From the NCBI RefSeq assembly GCF_009914755.1, contig NC_060929.1: a stretch of 64,000 nt of DNA; one strand, 5' to 3'. The notes beneath the pieces are model-generated. The model did no database searches. It was not told where the DNA came from and saw nothing but the letters and a program-made list of their open reading frames with translations. The stretch is from the human T2T-CHM13v2.0 reference genome, Homo sapiens. This document shows, in pieces, positions 28,101-40,700 of this stretch. The position numbers and the translations under genes are program-made. The first letter of the stretch is position 1. Each line of letters begins with the position of its first letter.

Positions 28101-31100
28101 TTTGATTTTCTTAAATTATATTGAGACTTGTTTTGTGACCCATCATATGGTCTATATTGGAGAATGTTCCATGTACTGAAGAAAATAATGCATATTCTGC
28201 TGTTGTTTGGTAGAATGTTCTGTAAATATCTATTAAGTCCATTTGTTCTAGGGTATAGTTTAAGTCCATTTTTTCTTTGTTGACTTTCTGTCTTGATAAG
28301 CTGTCTAGTGCTATTAGTGGAGTATTGGAGTCCCTCATCTATCTCATTTCTTAGGTCTTGTAGTAATTGTTGTATAAATTTGGGAGCTCCAGTGTTAGGT
28401 GCATATATATTTAGGATTATGATATTTTCCTGTTAGACTATCCATTTATTTTATCATTATATAATGTCCCTTTTTGTCTCTTTTTTACTGTTATTGCTTT
28501 AAAGTCTGTTTTGCCTGATATAAGAATAGCTACTCCTGCTTGCTTTTGGCGTCCATTTGCATGGGATATCTTTTTCCACCCCTTTACCTTAAGTGAGTTC
28601 TTACGGGCTGGGTGAGTCTCTTGAAGATAGCAGATACTTAAGTGGTGGATTTTTATCCATTCTGCCATTCTGGGTCTTTTAAGTGAAGCATTTAGGCCAT
28701 TTACATTCAATGATAGTATTGAGATGTGAGGTACTTTCTATTCATTGTGCTAGTTGTTGCCTTAATACCTTGTTTTTTTTTTCCATTGTGTTATTATTTT
28801 ATAGGCCCTGTGAGATTTATGCTTTAAGGAGATTCCATTTTGGTGTATTTCAAGGTTTTGTTTCAGGATTTAGAACTCCTTTAAGCACTTTTTGTAGTGC
28901 TGGCTTACTAGTGGCAAATTCTCTTAGCATTTATTTGTCTGAAAAAGACTTTATCTGTCCTTCATTTATGAAGCTTAGTTTTGCTGGGTACAAAATTCCT
29001 GGCTGACAATTATTTTGTTTCAGGAGGCTAAAAATGGAACCCCAAGCCTTTCTGGCTTGTAAGGTTTTTGCTGAGAAGTCTGCTGTTAATCTGATAGGTT
29101 CTCCTTTAAGGGTTATCTGATGCTTTTGTTTCACAGCTCTTAAGATTCTTTCCTTTGTCTTGACTTTAGATAACTTGGTGACTATGTGCCTAGGTGATGA
29201 TCTTTTTGTGATTAATTTCCCAGGTTTTCTTTGAGCTTCCTGTATTTGCATGTCTAGATATCTAGGAATGCCAGGGAAGCTTTGCTCAATTATTTCCTCA
29301 AACAATTTTCCAAACTTTCAGATATCTCTTCTTCCTCAGAAACACCAATTATTCTTAGGTTTGGCCTTTTAACATAATCCCAAATTTCTTGGAAGCTTTG
29401 TTCATTTTTTAAAATTCTTTTTTCTTTGCCTTTTTCTGATTGAATTAATTCAAAAACATAGTCTTCAAGCTCTGAATTTCTTTCTTCTACTTGTTCTGTT
29501 CTATATTTAAAATTTTCCAGTGCATTTTGTATTTCTCTAAGTGTATCTTTTATTTCCAGAATTTGTTAGTGTTTTAATGATATATATTTATTTTGATAAT
29601 TTTTCATCCATATCCTACATTTTTAAAATTTCTTTAAGTTTGTCTTCACCTTTCTCTGGTATCTTCTTAAGCAGTTGAATAATCAATCTTCTGAATTCTT
29701 TATCTGGCTTTTCAGAGATTTCTTCTTGGTTTGGATCCATTGCTGGGGAGCCGGTGTGTGTGATGTTTTGGGGTATTACAGAAACCTGCTTGTCATCTTA
29801 CCAGAATTGCTTTTCTTGTTCCTTATTTGGGTAGACTATTTCAGTGGAGAGGTCTAAAACTCAAGGCCTGCTGTTAAGATTCTCTTGTCCCATGGGGTGA
29901 TCCCTCAATGTGGTGCTCTCTTTCTTTCCCTAGGGATGGGGCTTCCTGACAGCTGGACTGACTGCAGTGATTGTTGTTGCTCTTCTGGGTTTAGCCACCC
30001 AGCAAGGCTACCAAGCTCTGGGCTGATATCAGGGGATGTCTGCAAAGAGTCCTGTGATGTGATCTGTCTTCAGGTCTCCCAGACATGGATTCCAGCACCT
30101 GCTCTAGTGGAGGTGGCAGGGAAGTGAAGTAGACTCTGTGAGAGCCCTTGATTGTAGATAGGTTTAGTTTTCTGGCTTTCTTGAATGCTGGTTATACTAG
30201 CAGTGAAGTTGTCATGTGGACAGACTCAGGGCCTCTGCTTAGCCAGGATATTGCAGGCAGTGGAATTAGGTGTTGTCTTCTCCTTCCTGGGGTCAGGGTT
30301 ATTCTGTCCTGAGTTGCTTTAATGACCTGAGTTGGTTGTCCTCCAGCCGGGAGATGGCACTTTCAAGAGAGCACCAGCTGCAGTAGTAGCAGGGGGCTGT
30401 AAGCTTGCCCTAAGATGGCCAGGGTAATTATTTTGGTTTCTCATGTGATGTGTGGGGCCATAAAGCTCCCAAGAATTTCTATGTCTTGAGTTTGGCTACC
30501 AGGGAAGGTAGGGAAATACCATCAGGTGGAGTCAGGGTTAGGTGGGTGTGGGCTCAGACTCTCCTTGAGTGGGGCTTGCCACAGCCACTGTGGGGGATGG
30601 AGGTGGTGGTTCTCAGGCCAATGGGGATATATTCCAGAGAGAATCTTGGCTACCTCTGCTGTATCATATAGTTCACCAGGGAAGTGGGGGATAGCCAGTA
30701 GCAAGAGGCCTGACCCAGCTCCCACACAGTTGGTGAGGCTGGTCTCACTCCAGCAGTGCCCCCGCTCAGTGCCCAAGACCATGCGCACCCCACTGGGAAA
30801 GCAAGCATGGCTTTCAGACCTAGCCCCTCTCCACTGCCCGCTCCATTGGCAGCAGCTCCTGTGCTTGCTTGCTTATGCCTGCAGCAGCTCCCACTCACAC
30901 CCCAGACTCTGCTCAAGAAAATTTGTGCCCAGTCAAAACCATTACCAATTTCTGATGGGAACTTCCTTCACCCTGTGACCCCTCCGCAGTTGTATTGGCT
31001 GGCTTCCCCAAGGGACCCTGGGAGATATACTCAATGATGGCTTCCCTGGGCTCAAGCTGGAGACTGGGAGTGCATGCAAGGTACTACCCGCTGCTACTTC

Positions 31101-31436
31101 TACTTTTATATTTGGCACAACTCCCTAAAACCATTTTATCCCTAGGTAGGTTAAATCCTTCTCCTGTGATCTGGATTTTCAGATTCCCCAGTGGGTATGT
31201 GTGTTCAAAGGTAGGTTTTCCTCCTATCATGCTTTGGGAACTCACAGTTTTTTGCCTGTTTTGTGGAATTTGCAGCAGCACGCCACTCTTTCAAAGGATC
31301 TGTGAATTATTTTGGTTTTCCTGGCATGTTCCTGCAGTGGTTCTTGGAGCAAAAGATCATGATGTGAGTCTCCACACACTGTTCTGCCATCCATGTGGAA
31401 GATGCACATTAGGCCGTTCTCTGCCATCTTCCCCCG
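25020..31436 (-). mobile_element. Near-full-length L1PB-class LINE with 5'UTR, fragmented ORF1/ORF2 and missing 3' terminus
   Basis: ORF fragments: ORF1 28931..29305, endonuclease NVNGLN 28438..28710, RT NYRPISL 26874..27257, RQGCPLSP 26469..26849; 5' end gggggaagatggcag. Confidence 0.93.
25054..25107. repeat. (TG)n(TA)n compound microsatellite within L1
   Basis: Directly visible. Confidence 0.95.
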
Positions 31437-32280
31437 ATCTCCAACCTTAGCTAAATCTTCTGAATTGCTGCAGCTTCTACATAAGCACTTGCTGCTTTAC
31501 CTTGTACTTTTATGTTAGATGGCTTCTTTCCTTAAACGTCATGATCTATCCTCTGCTAACTTCAAACTTTTCTTCTGCAGCTTCTTCACCTCTCTCAGTC
31601 TCATACAATTGATGAGAGTTAGAGCCTTGCTCTAGATTAGGCTTTGGCTTAAGGAAATGTTGTGGCTGGTTTGATTTTGTATGAGAGCCCTAAAATTTTC
31701 TTCATGTCAGCAATAAGGCTATTTTATTTTCTTACACTTGAGTGTTCACTGGGGTAGCACTTTTAATTTTCTTCAAACAGTTTTCCTTTGCATTCACAAC
31801 CTAAGCATTTGGCCTATCATGGCTCTCAACATGCCTTTCTCACTAAGATTAACCATTTCTAGCTTTTAATTTAAAATAAGAGACAGGCAACTCTTCCTTT
31901 CACTTGAACACTCAAAGGCCATTTTAGTATTATTAATTGGCCTCATTTTAATATTGTTGCAAGTCAGGGAATAGGGAGGCTCAAGGAGAAGGAGTGCAAT
32001 GGGACAGCCGGGTAGAGGGTCAGTCAGAACACACACAACATTTATCAATCAAGTTTGCCATCTTGTTTGGACACAGTTGGTGGTGTCCCCAAACAATTAC
32101 AATAGGAACATCAAAGATCATTGATCACAGATCACCATAATGATACAAAAATAATAAAAAAAGCTTTCAGATAGTGAACGAATTACCAAGGTATGACAGA
32201 GACATGAAGAGAGCACAAGCTGTTGGAAAAATGACCCCGATAAACTTGCTTGACACAGAATTGCCACAAACCTTCAATTC

Positions 32281-32312
<32 letters not shown>

Positions 32313-33096
32313 CAGTACCTGTAAAGCACAACAAAGTGAAGTGCAATAAAATAAAATGAGGTATGCTTGTAGGGAAGCCAAGAACTCTCAGAAAAGCAGT
32401 TACTGCTAGTTCCTTGGTTTCTCAGTCAAGCGTCTATCACTGCACCTGTCCTTTCTATTGCAAATCTTGGTTAACCCACCTGCGCCCTGCAACACTCAGC
32501 TCTGAGAAGCAGATTTGTGCTTTCTTCTCATCCTCAGTACTCTTCATTCATTAATTCACTTGGTGTTTAACATAAGGTGGGTGTGTTAAGTAAAACCAGA
32601 CTCAATTATGTAAGGGAGGAAAAGAAAAATAAATATTACCAGAGGAAAAAAATAAATATTAGCAAGCCACTTAGAAAGACAGTCATTGTTTTCTAGCTCT
32701 CTCTTCCTGGAGAACCCAGACCATGACACCAGCATGGAGTTCATCCCTGTTTGCTGTCATATTGCCATGACATTTCTGTACTGATCCCGTGGTGTGCGCC
32801 TTCAGCAAGGTCCTGGCATTTCAGTATTGCAAGAAAAGTAACAAGAACACTAAAGTGGGAAAGTGAAAAAAAAAAGTTCACATCCTGAGTCTAGGATAGC
32901 AATACAGTTTTTCGGCCCTGACAGGAAACTAGCAGAGATAATACATATTGCACCAAAGACTTAAAAGAAATAACGATGTCCAATTCTATTTATTAGCATG
33001 CTATTTGTCTTTCGGATTCTAGGATCCTGAGGGGCCATTTGGTTCTCAGATATTCTATTACAACTTTTGTTTTAACTAGCTTGGGGAGCAGAGACA

Positions 33097-33295
33097 ATTC
33101 TTCATAGAGAACTTTATTTTGTGTAGAATAGGTCTTTTGATATGGGAATCCCATGGAGTGAAAAGTAAAAATTCATAAGGCTTGTGCTACATTTTTTTCA
33201 TTACATAATTTCTGTCACTGTCTCTTCCATGGGCACACACAGAGTCTGCCAAAGATTCACCGTTCCTCACTCTCTTGAGACTCACTCTTCTTACC
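33097..33295 (-). ncRNA. Candidate terminal exon of an upstream minus-strand lncRNA (possibly LINC02112)
   Basis: Acceptor tcttatttttccatcctccag| at 33296 and AATAAA at 33118..33113 in unique sequence; I recall a lncRNA ending shortly upstream of TAS2R1 (unverified). Confidence 0.45.
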
Positions 33296-34711
33296 CTGGA
33301 GGATGGAAAAATAAGAGACGTCTGTCTGTAGGTGTGCAGCATTCATGTGACTGCTAAACTAATGTCCCCTTTTGCTTCCTGAATGAGCCTCCTTTCAGTG
33401 CTGGGGTGAAGACCCCCAAGGACATGTTCTCCAGCCTTCCTCTGAATCTACTGCATCAATCAAGCCACAGATGTTGGTCATGCTCTTGCACTAAGCAAGA
33501 GTGAACTAAATATTTTAACACTCAACACAACAAATACAATTTTTAAAACAATGGCACTGAGTATAAAATCCTTTTAGGTCTTTAAACAGTTTGTTTTAGT
33601 GAGAAGGGCACATCAGAGAATTTCTGGCTCTCAGATGAAAAACGTATATGTCTGGCCTCACCTGTCAGTCAGTGGCTTGGAACGTTGACAGTTTTACATG
33701 GACAAATAGCTTGGAACAGATGGGACAAGACCTGATGTGGAGAAATTCACATGATTATTACCCTGTATTACCCTGATTAAATCCATTCACTTGCACTCAT
33801 CTTAATGAGCAATCATTAAAGGAGACAGCACTAAATATTCTTGAGGTAACTGACAGGCGGAAAGAGTTGCTTATTTATATTCAAATCATTTAGCTCCTCA
33901 AAAGAAAGTGCGATTTTTTTCACATGCAGTTAGATTGACGTTGGAAAGCTTTTCATCAGGTAGAAGGCTGTAATGTTCATCTTTCTGCTTTCCGGCGGCA
34001 CTTGGACATTTGCTTTGGTATTAGAGGCATCATGAAAGTGAGTGGTGGTTTTAATACCTTTCCCAAGTGGGCCCTCACACTTCATTATCAAGGGAACAAT
34101 TCCTGCTTTAAGAAACATGTGCATGTATTAACATTGTTGTATATTTAATAAGATCATTCAAATAAGGAAGAAATAGACTCTGAGCAAACCAACCCAGACA
34201 TCCTTTCTGAATCTTCCCGATAGCAGAGCTCGGCCCTTGTAAAGCCTATTTGGAATTTATTTCATTTAAAATTCACAACGTCTTGGTTAAAAAGCACCAG
34301 ATTCTTTCAGGCTAATCATTCTTCAGATCCATTCATTTGCTTCTCTCCACTTGAATTTGCAGTTGATCTTTTAGACTAAAATTTTTGTCTTTAATATTCA
34401 GGTCACTTTCATATACTTGTCCCTTCCCTTGCTCAATTTATTCTAGTAATATATTTCTGTGCTTTTTCTTACTCCACTCAATATTCTGAGATGTATTTGC
34501 AATGCAGCAAATAGAATAATGGAGCAATGCAATACATTGAATTTAAGTCTTCCACATAAAGAACTCAAAGTGCTTTACAAACAAGAATCCCTTGTTAGTT
34601 ACAATGAGGAAACAGAAGCCACAGATGCTGCAGTTGAATCATGGGAATAGTCTCTAGTCCTCACGATTTTGTCTTCAGCTCTAAACTGAGTTCCTCCGTG
34701 GAATTTCAAAT

Positions 34712-34857
34712 CCTTCCTTGCTTCTTCCCTCCCTCCTTCTCTCTTTCTTTCCCTTCTTTCCTTTTTCCTTCTTTCCTCCCTCCTTCTTTCCTTTCTTTCC
34801 TTTTTCCTTCTTCCCTCCCTTCCTCTTTATCCTTCCTCTCTTCCTCCTTCCCTCCCA
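34712..34857. repeat. CT-rich low-complexity polypyrimidine tract
   Basis: Directly visible (TTCC/TTTC mix). Confidence 0.95.
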
Positions 34858-34869
34858 TACCCCAGCACA

Positions 34870-36525
34870 CACTTATTGTTTGTATTATGAACTAGGCACT
34901 GTTCTAAGCACACAGCATTTACAGCCATGCACTGCTTAATCACAGGGATAGGGGATACACTGTAAGAAAGTAATCGATAGACAATTCCATCACTGTGCAA
35001 ACATCATAGAGTGCACTTACACAAACCTAGATGGTATAGCCTACTACACACTTAGGCTGTATGGTATAGTCCATTATTTTGCTCCTAGGCTACAAATCTG
35101 TACAACATGTTACTGTCCTGAATGCTGTAGGCAGTTATAACACAGTGGTAATTATTTATTATTTGTGTAGCTAAACATAGAAAAAGTACAGTAAAAATAG
35201 GGTACAAAAGTTGAAAAATGTCATATGTGTGTAGGGCAATTACCATGAATGGAGCTTGCAGGACCGGAAGTTGCTCTGGGTAAGTCAGTGAGTGAGAGGT
35301 GAGTGAATGTGAAGGCGTAGGACATTACCCTACTATACACTTTATAAACATTATACACTTAGGCTACTCTAAATTCATAAAAAATAAAGTAATTGTGCTA
35401 GGACAATACAATGGCTTTGATGTCACTAGCTGATAGGAATTTTTCAACTCCATTAAAATCTCATGGAACCACCATTGTATATGCAGTCCACTGTTGATGT
35501 AAATGTTGTTATATGGTGCACGACTGTAGTAATGAACAAGACAAAGCTTCTGTCATCTTGGAAATCACACTGTAGTGGGGAAGAGGAGAGTTAAACAAGT
35601 GAAGAAATAAATAATTCCAGGTAAAGTAGAAAGAGGTGCTATTTTAGAAAGTGTGGTCAGGAAAGCCTGACCTCCCCAGAGAGGAGGTGATAAAAGACCT
35701 GGATGGAAGATCTGGGAATGAACACTTCAGGCAGAGAGAGGAGGAAATAGTATCCTCACTCCCCATCCCATCAATAAAAGAGCTTGCAGCATTCCAGGAA
35801 TAAACAATGCCCAGCAACCCTGCAATGTGTGGGGCAGTATGAATAAGGCAGAGCAGAGAGGAAGTTAGAGGGGAAGGCATGGAGACTGCATCTCACCCTC
35901 AACTGAATGGGAACCCATTGAAGTGTTTGGGTGAGGGGGAAGCTTTGTTATAATCACATTTATATCCTACAACATTTACTCTGACTGCTGTTATTTAAAG
36001 AAAGGCATTTACTCTGGAGAACATATGTGGAGGTTGGGAGAAGGCAAGTGTGGAAGTAGAAATAACAACTAAAGGCTGTTGCAGTAGACCAGGCAAGGCA
36101 TGTTGTTAGCTTAAATTAGGTTGGTGGTCAAGATGGGAAGAAGTGGCTGGACGAGGAATAGATTTTGATGGCAACACCAACAGGAAATTCAGTTGGCTTT
36201 GATGGGGAGTGAGGGAAAGAGAGGAATCAAGAAATACTCTTGGGTCATTGGCATTATCCCCTGGTGAGCAATGGAGCCATTTTTCAAGAAGGAGAAGGTT
36301 GAAGGAAGGTTAAAATCAAGAGCTCTGTGTGGACATGCTCCTGAGACGGCTACTGCAGGTAGAGATGATATTATGTCATGGATGGTAAGTTTGGAGTTTG
36401 TGGGAACTATCAAGTTTGGAAATATGCATTTGGAATTTGCTAGCATATAGAGGATATTGAAAGCCATGAGGTTGGTTAAGATTATGTAGGGATGAGATTG
36501 CCAGCTGGAGTATCTGAGCACTGTA
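34870..36525 (-). mobile_element. L2 interrupted by Tigger3
   Basis: 'taggcactgttctaagca' continues after the insertion as 'atgaacaagacaaag'; later 'gtggtcaggaaagcct' and 'aggctgttgcagtagaccaggcaag'. Confidence 0.8.
34922..35526. mobile_element. Tigger3 (MER7) deletion derivative, 605 bp
   Basis: TA|cagccatgcac...gtgcacgactg|TA termini; 'acacaaacctagatggtatagcctactacac'. Confidence 0.88.
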
Positions 36526-36949
36526 AATAAGAAACCACATTTTGTGCATTCGTGTCACTTCGATTGTCCTGTCTGATGCCATCTCTTTGTGGAAGGATGC
36601 CCTGACGAGAGCAGAGTAGGTGAGTCAGAGCTTGCATTACTGAAAGCAATTGTGGAACTAGTACTAGTCATGGTTTCCTAATCTCTTTATGTATGGCTGA
36701 TTTTATTTGCTGTTTCATTTAGAATTTTTCCTCCTTCTAAGGAAGATTGGTCTGCAGATTTTTATTGGTGCTATATTTAATAAATTTGATTATCTATGTT
36801 ATGCTGGATTTATCAAAAGATTGTTAAGCTTTTCTTATTTCTATGCACCAGAACAAATTAAATAACATGGGAATTATCTGTTTATTTGTTGGATGGAAAG
36901 AATTCACAGTGAGAAATTCTGGTGCCAGAGGCATTTGGGAAGAGGCAGA

Positions 36950-37180
36950 ATACTTACCAATCATTTAGTGCTTACAACGCTAAACAATTGAAAGGCATAA
37001 CATCAATTTGTCCTCTTGACAATTTTATGAAATCAGTATTCTTTCCACTTTAGAGATTATTAAGTTGAGGTGCACTGAGGTCTGGAAATTGCCCTCAGTC
37101 ATGCAGCTAAAAAGCAGCATTTCCAAGTTGTGGACCACAATCTGATTTCAAATGCTATGCGTGCATTTAGCCATTAAGCA
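36950..37180 (-). mobile_element. MIR
   Basis: Degenerate MIR core. Confidence 0.5.
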
Positions 37181-37319
37181 TCACCGCGTCCTATGTTAAT
37201 ACCCACAGTGAGAGTGAAGATTCCTTTCAGTGGTTCAGGCATAAAATTTGGACAGCTGCCATTTACTGCCCATCTGGCATTTGTCCCCTTGCCTTTACCC
37301 TGACTTTCTTTCCAGGAAC

Positions 37320-37760
37320 CACTCTCCTCCACCCTTGTTTATGGGCCTTACTTGGGGCTGACTCCATCACTGAATCCAGGAGTAGTCACAGAAACCCAGG
37401 TGTGGCAGTCAACATATCCATTCACCTGAGCAAAAGAGATATATCCAGGGATAAACATGAGACCCAAATTCATCAAGTCAGAACTAATCCCAAAACTTCT
37501 CACTGGGCAGGCTCTCTGCAGACAGGATGGTTGCCTGGCATATCCATCTTGCCACCATGAGAGAAGGACTTCAGCCTGCCCAAGAATGGATTCCATCCAG
37601 AGGACAAAAGTGCCCAGAAAAGAGAAAGCAAGACCATGTTCTCCTCAGAATATGTCAGCCTCAGAACCAGCCCTCACTTACTGCTGGCCTTGACATTTAA
37701 ATGAACCCACAAATTCTCAGTTGTTACTGAAGTGGGCTTGAGACGGTTTTTTGTCACATT
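37320..37760 (+). mobile_element. Old MLT1 (MaLR) LTR
   Basis: 'ggggctgactcca', 'ccatcttgccaccatgagag', 'atgaacccacaaattctc...tttttgtcac'. Confidence 0.55.
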
Positions 37761-40700
37761 GGGTGTGCTGAAATAGTTGTGGACTATTATAGAAAGGTAA
37801 TGATGTATTTTCTATTTCTCATAGTTAGTAACTGGAACCAGACAAGTTATCTGCCTAAAGCCAGTCATTTAGTGAAGTAACTAGGGCCCATACCTGTGAC
37901 TTGTATATTAGAGTTTTGAGTATTCTATTCACTAGATCATACAGTTTTCTCAAACATATCTGTGGAAGTTACTTAGAAAAAATAAAATACAAATTTCTTT
38001 TCTGGATTCTTTCCCTATACATTTAGTTATTCATTTTCCATCACTTAGTTACTCTGACGGCTCAGATTTTATTGTGCTATAGAAGAGTTCTCAAAGCATA
38101 AGGTTACCATATGGGCATCAGAAGTTTTATTCATTCCAAACCGAACAGAATGTCTTTGGCATTGACTGGCTATACTTTGTTCAAAAGATGCATGGTCAAA
38201 TATATTTTCATATGAATTTGCATATATGTGGCTGCACAACCATTGGATTGGACACATGGAAGATGATAATGTGTGCTCTTGAAACAAGCAGTGCCATTTC
38301 TGCCCTGGTCCAAACTCAAATGGTTCTCTTTTGTCGTAGGAGTCAAATTTATTTTTCCTGCCCTTCAAAGATACAATACTTCCTTACAAATTACCTCGCA
38401 AGGATAGAACTGGGTATTTCAGATTTTCATATATAGAAGCTGCCCTGGGTCTTGCTGCTGCCTCTCCCCTTCAAAGCAGCTGTCTCCAGATACAGGATTG
38501 CCAGCTTCCAGAAGACCAAAATTGTTGTGCCTTGCTTTGATTTTCCAGAATGTGGGACCAGCCTTTGTGGTTACTTAGTTCATGTGTTTTGGGGAAACTG
38601 AAGCTATCTCTTGCACCCAGGAATAGACATAAATGTGTGGGTAAAGATAGGGATGCTCTAGAAACAGCTGCTGAACTAACAATGAAAACAAATGAATACA
38701 ATTTCTCATCTTTAGGAAGTCATTGCTAGCCAAACTATTACTATGCAAACTATGTAATATTTGTCATAGCGTATAAAATATTATTCCATCTACCCATATT
38801 TGTGGACATTTGTAGCAAATAAGTGGGGTAAAGGATAGGGACTGTGACAATGATATGGCATGAATCTCACTGACTCAGAGGAAATGAAAAACCATGAACT
38901 CGGCTTTTTAAATTCAATACAGTAAACTTAATACAGAACCACATCAAATCAGATCTGTAAAGGATATTAATGATTATTTGTGCCAACTCCTTACCATATG
39001 TGAAAAGAGAAAATAGAATCCCAACAAAGATGCATAAGACCCTGTACCTTGACCCAAGGACTATTCAGATGTCTTGCATTCTAGAAAAAAGAATATTGTG
39101 GATTTATTTGCTTTAGTTTTGACCAGCACAGCCTCCACAGAAGCATAGTCCAACTCAGTGGGTGGATGTTATCCACAGTGGCAGCTGTTATCACCCCAAG
39201 GCAAGGCTAGTGACCATGCTTTTGAGGAGAGCTGTGCAAACCCCACATACATACATTTGAATCTCACCACAGTTGACTGAAAAACCTAGATATAGGAGTC
39301 TGCACCTCCTCCTCAAAATGTGAGAAAAGTAAAAAACATTTAGCAATGGTACTCAAGGTCCTCCAGCCACGTGAATAGAGCAAAATTGGTCCAATATATT
39401 TTAAATTACAATAGTAGTATATTAGAAAGGGAAATATAAGGGAAACTTTTAGTTATAATTTTCTGTAGACATTAATATTTATTCTTGTATACATCAGACT
39501 TTCTACAGATAGACGCCATGATAATATAGAAGATTCATTTTATGAAATATTCTTTCTCAATTATTCACAAATCTGAATGTTGTCTTGTTATCGTTAAGTA
39601 CATAATATGAATTTATTATCTATTCTCCCTGCCTGGCATGAAACATCATTTAGATAATCATAGATTCTACTGAAGAGGAAGAAATTTGAATAATGTTAAC
39701 AAGCAATTCATGGTGGGGCTTTTAGTCAACTTTATTTTTCTAGTTCGACTTAACATAGTGATTCACAAAGCTTACTTCCTCCTAAGAATTCACATAACCA
39801 TGAAAAAAGTACTTTTGGCCATAAAACAGGATGAGATCAAATGTATCTCAAAAGCAACTATTGTCAGCTATATTCAAAATGCATCATTCTTTGATCTAAA
39901 ATGGAGAAAGTAAGTGTGGCCATGGCTACACAGCAGTATGGATTGGGGAGAGAATACTTCAACATGCAAGAGAAAAATGTGATCTTAATTATAGGGACTT
40001 GTAATTAATGCATTTCAGGCCTCAACATTTAAGTTGCATTTTGGTAACTTTTAAGTAAATAAAAATTTTAAATGAATAAATAAAGCTTTTAAATAGTTTT
40101 TAAATAAATAACTTAAAACTAAGAAATCTGTTTTTATGCCTTTTTTCCAATCTATCAAATTGACAATATAACAGATCTGCATTGTTCCTGCATCATTTCA
40201 GGTGGCCTGAAATTTGACAAGAAGAGGACATATGAATGTCTTCTGTAAGGTTAGATGAAGATCCCAATGCACTGAGTCAAGGTCTCTGAATCGTGGGGAA
40301 CATGAGGTAGTTACCCCAAGCAGAAGCAGAGGCCACATCCCTCAGCTCGGTGTCCAGTGGCCCCACATTCATTCATACTGGGAGATAGCAGCAAGGAATG
40401 ATACTTTCTTTGCAATACATGGTACTGTCGAAATGAAAAACTCAATAATCCCTTACAGGATCTCCATCATTTTTTTCGGGGGTGGGGGGTAGCTAGGGAC
40501 GTATAGACTCTATACTAACAATCTTGGCCCTTAACTAGAAATATCATGGCCGACCAGTGACCTTTTGGATACATATGGACCTCAAGCCAAATACAGCCAC
40601 AGCAAGGCCACAGGCTCATGAAGAGGAAGAAGGCAGGGTCGGTGCCCAGGCATCCTTCGAGAAGCTCTGTCTCCAACTTTTCTCATCTGGAAAGCCCCTC

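Larger units (their letters stand above)
23876..32369 (-). mobile_element. Tigger1 DNA transposon with both TIRs, split by an L1
   Basis: TA|caagcatac at 23876 and gtatgcttg|TA at 32369; ORF 24106..24447 ([19 protein letters not shown]...FERTDSSFE) resembles the Tigger1/TIGD1 transposase C-terminus. Confidence 0.9.

Noticed and set aside
29885-31450. Several long ORFs antisense to the L1 5'UTR (ORF0-like)
   Set aside because: GC-richer decayed L1PB 5'UTR; no similarity to ORF0 that I can support.
34641-34939. F/P/S-rich and K/E/G-rich ORFs
   Set aside because: Translations of the CT-rich low-complexity tract.
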